Source of the DNA: Octopus bimaculoides
Lineage: Eukaryota
Direction of reading: 5' to 3'
Assembly (NCBI RefSeq): GCF_001194135.2
Contig: NC_068985.1
Span: forward strand, 5,120,264 to 5,184,263
DNA length: 64,000 bases
Part shown: piece by piece, positions 63,730 to 64,000 of the stretch
Layout of the letters: each line of letters begins with the position of its first letter
How positions within the stretch are numbered: position 1 is the first letter of the stretch
Notes under the pieces: generated by a model
The model's input: only the letters and a program-made list of their open reading frames with translations
Databases searched by the model: none
Told to the model about the DNA's origin: nothing
Made by a program: the position numbers and the translations under genes

Positions 63730-64000
63730 AACGTTCGTCACATTTCTGAGAATTCACTGATAGATTTCTACTGCACCCCTGAAGATAAGTTACTACTGTG
63801 TTATGAAATGACGAGATTGACTTACGCGTCAACAGCTCTCATCTCGCGTTCTGTCACCTTCCAGAGGCATCTTTGGTGGGGACTGTAGATCAGAATTCGG
63901 ACGAAAGTGCGTATTATTTAAGTTCTCATCCAATCCATGCTTCTGTATGGGCACGAATTCTGGCCATTGAGAGCTGAAGACCGAAAGATTGAATTCTTCG
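63730..64000 (+). pseudogene. RTE-clade LINE ORF2 fragment, runs off the window end
   Basis: DEIDLRVNSSHLAFCHL / RHLWW..IRIRTKVRII*VLIQSMLLYGHEFWPLRAED, matching EI..RI..A..AF..L...TK..IY..LLYG.E.W. Confidence 0.72.

Overview
AT-rich, repeat-dense animal DNA from a gapped short-read assembly, with 17 N-gaps that are mostly flanked by microsatellites. The repeat set looks cephalopod (octopus-like); that is inference from recall, not a database match. No host protein-coding gene can be supported, and almost all ORF-track entries are microsatellite or N-gap artefacts. The window contains four tRNA-derived SINE families with shared modules, decayed RTE, CR1/L2-like and R4/Dong-like LINE fragments, a mariner remnant, MITEs and a short (TTAGGG)n array. 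The most notable signal is seven type I hammerhead ribozyme (HHR) motifs in four sequence families. Three have intact cores (10008-10082, 11088-11133, 58551-58596). One HHR family lies in a TSD-flanked Penelope-like element whose terminal repeat also carries tRNA-like Pol III A/B boxes. Another sits at the apex of a long palindromic element.
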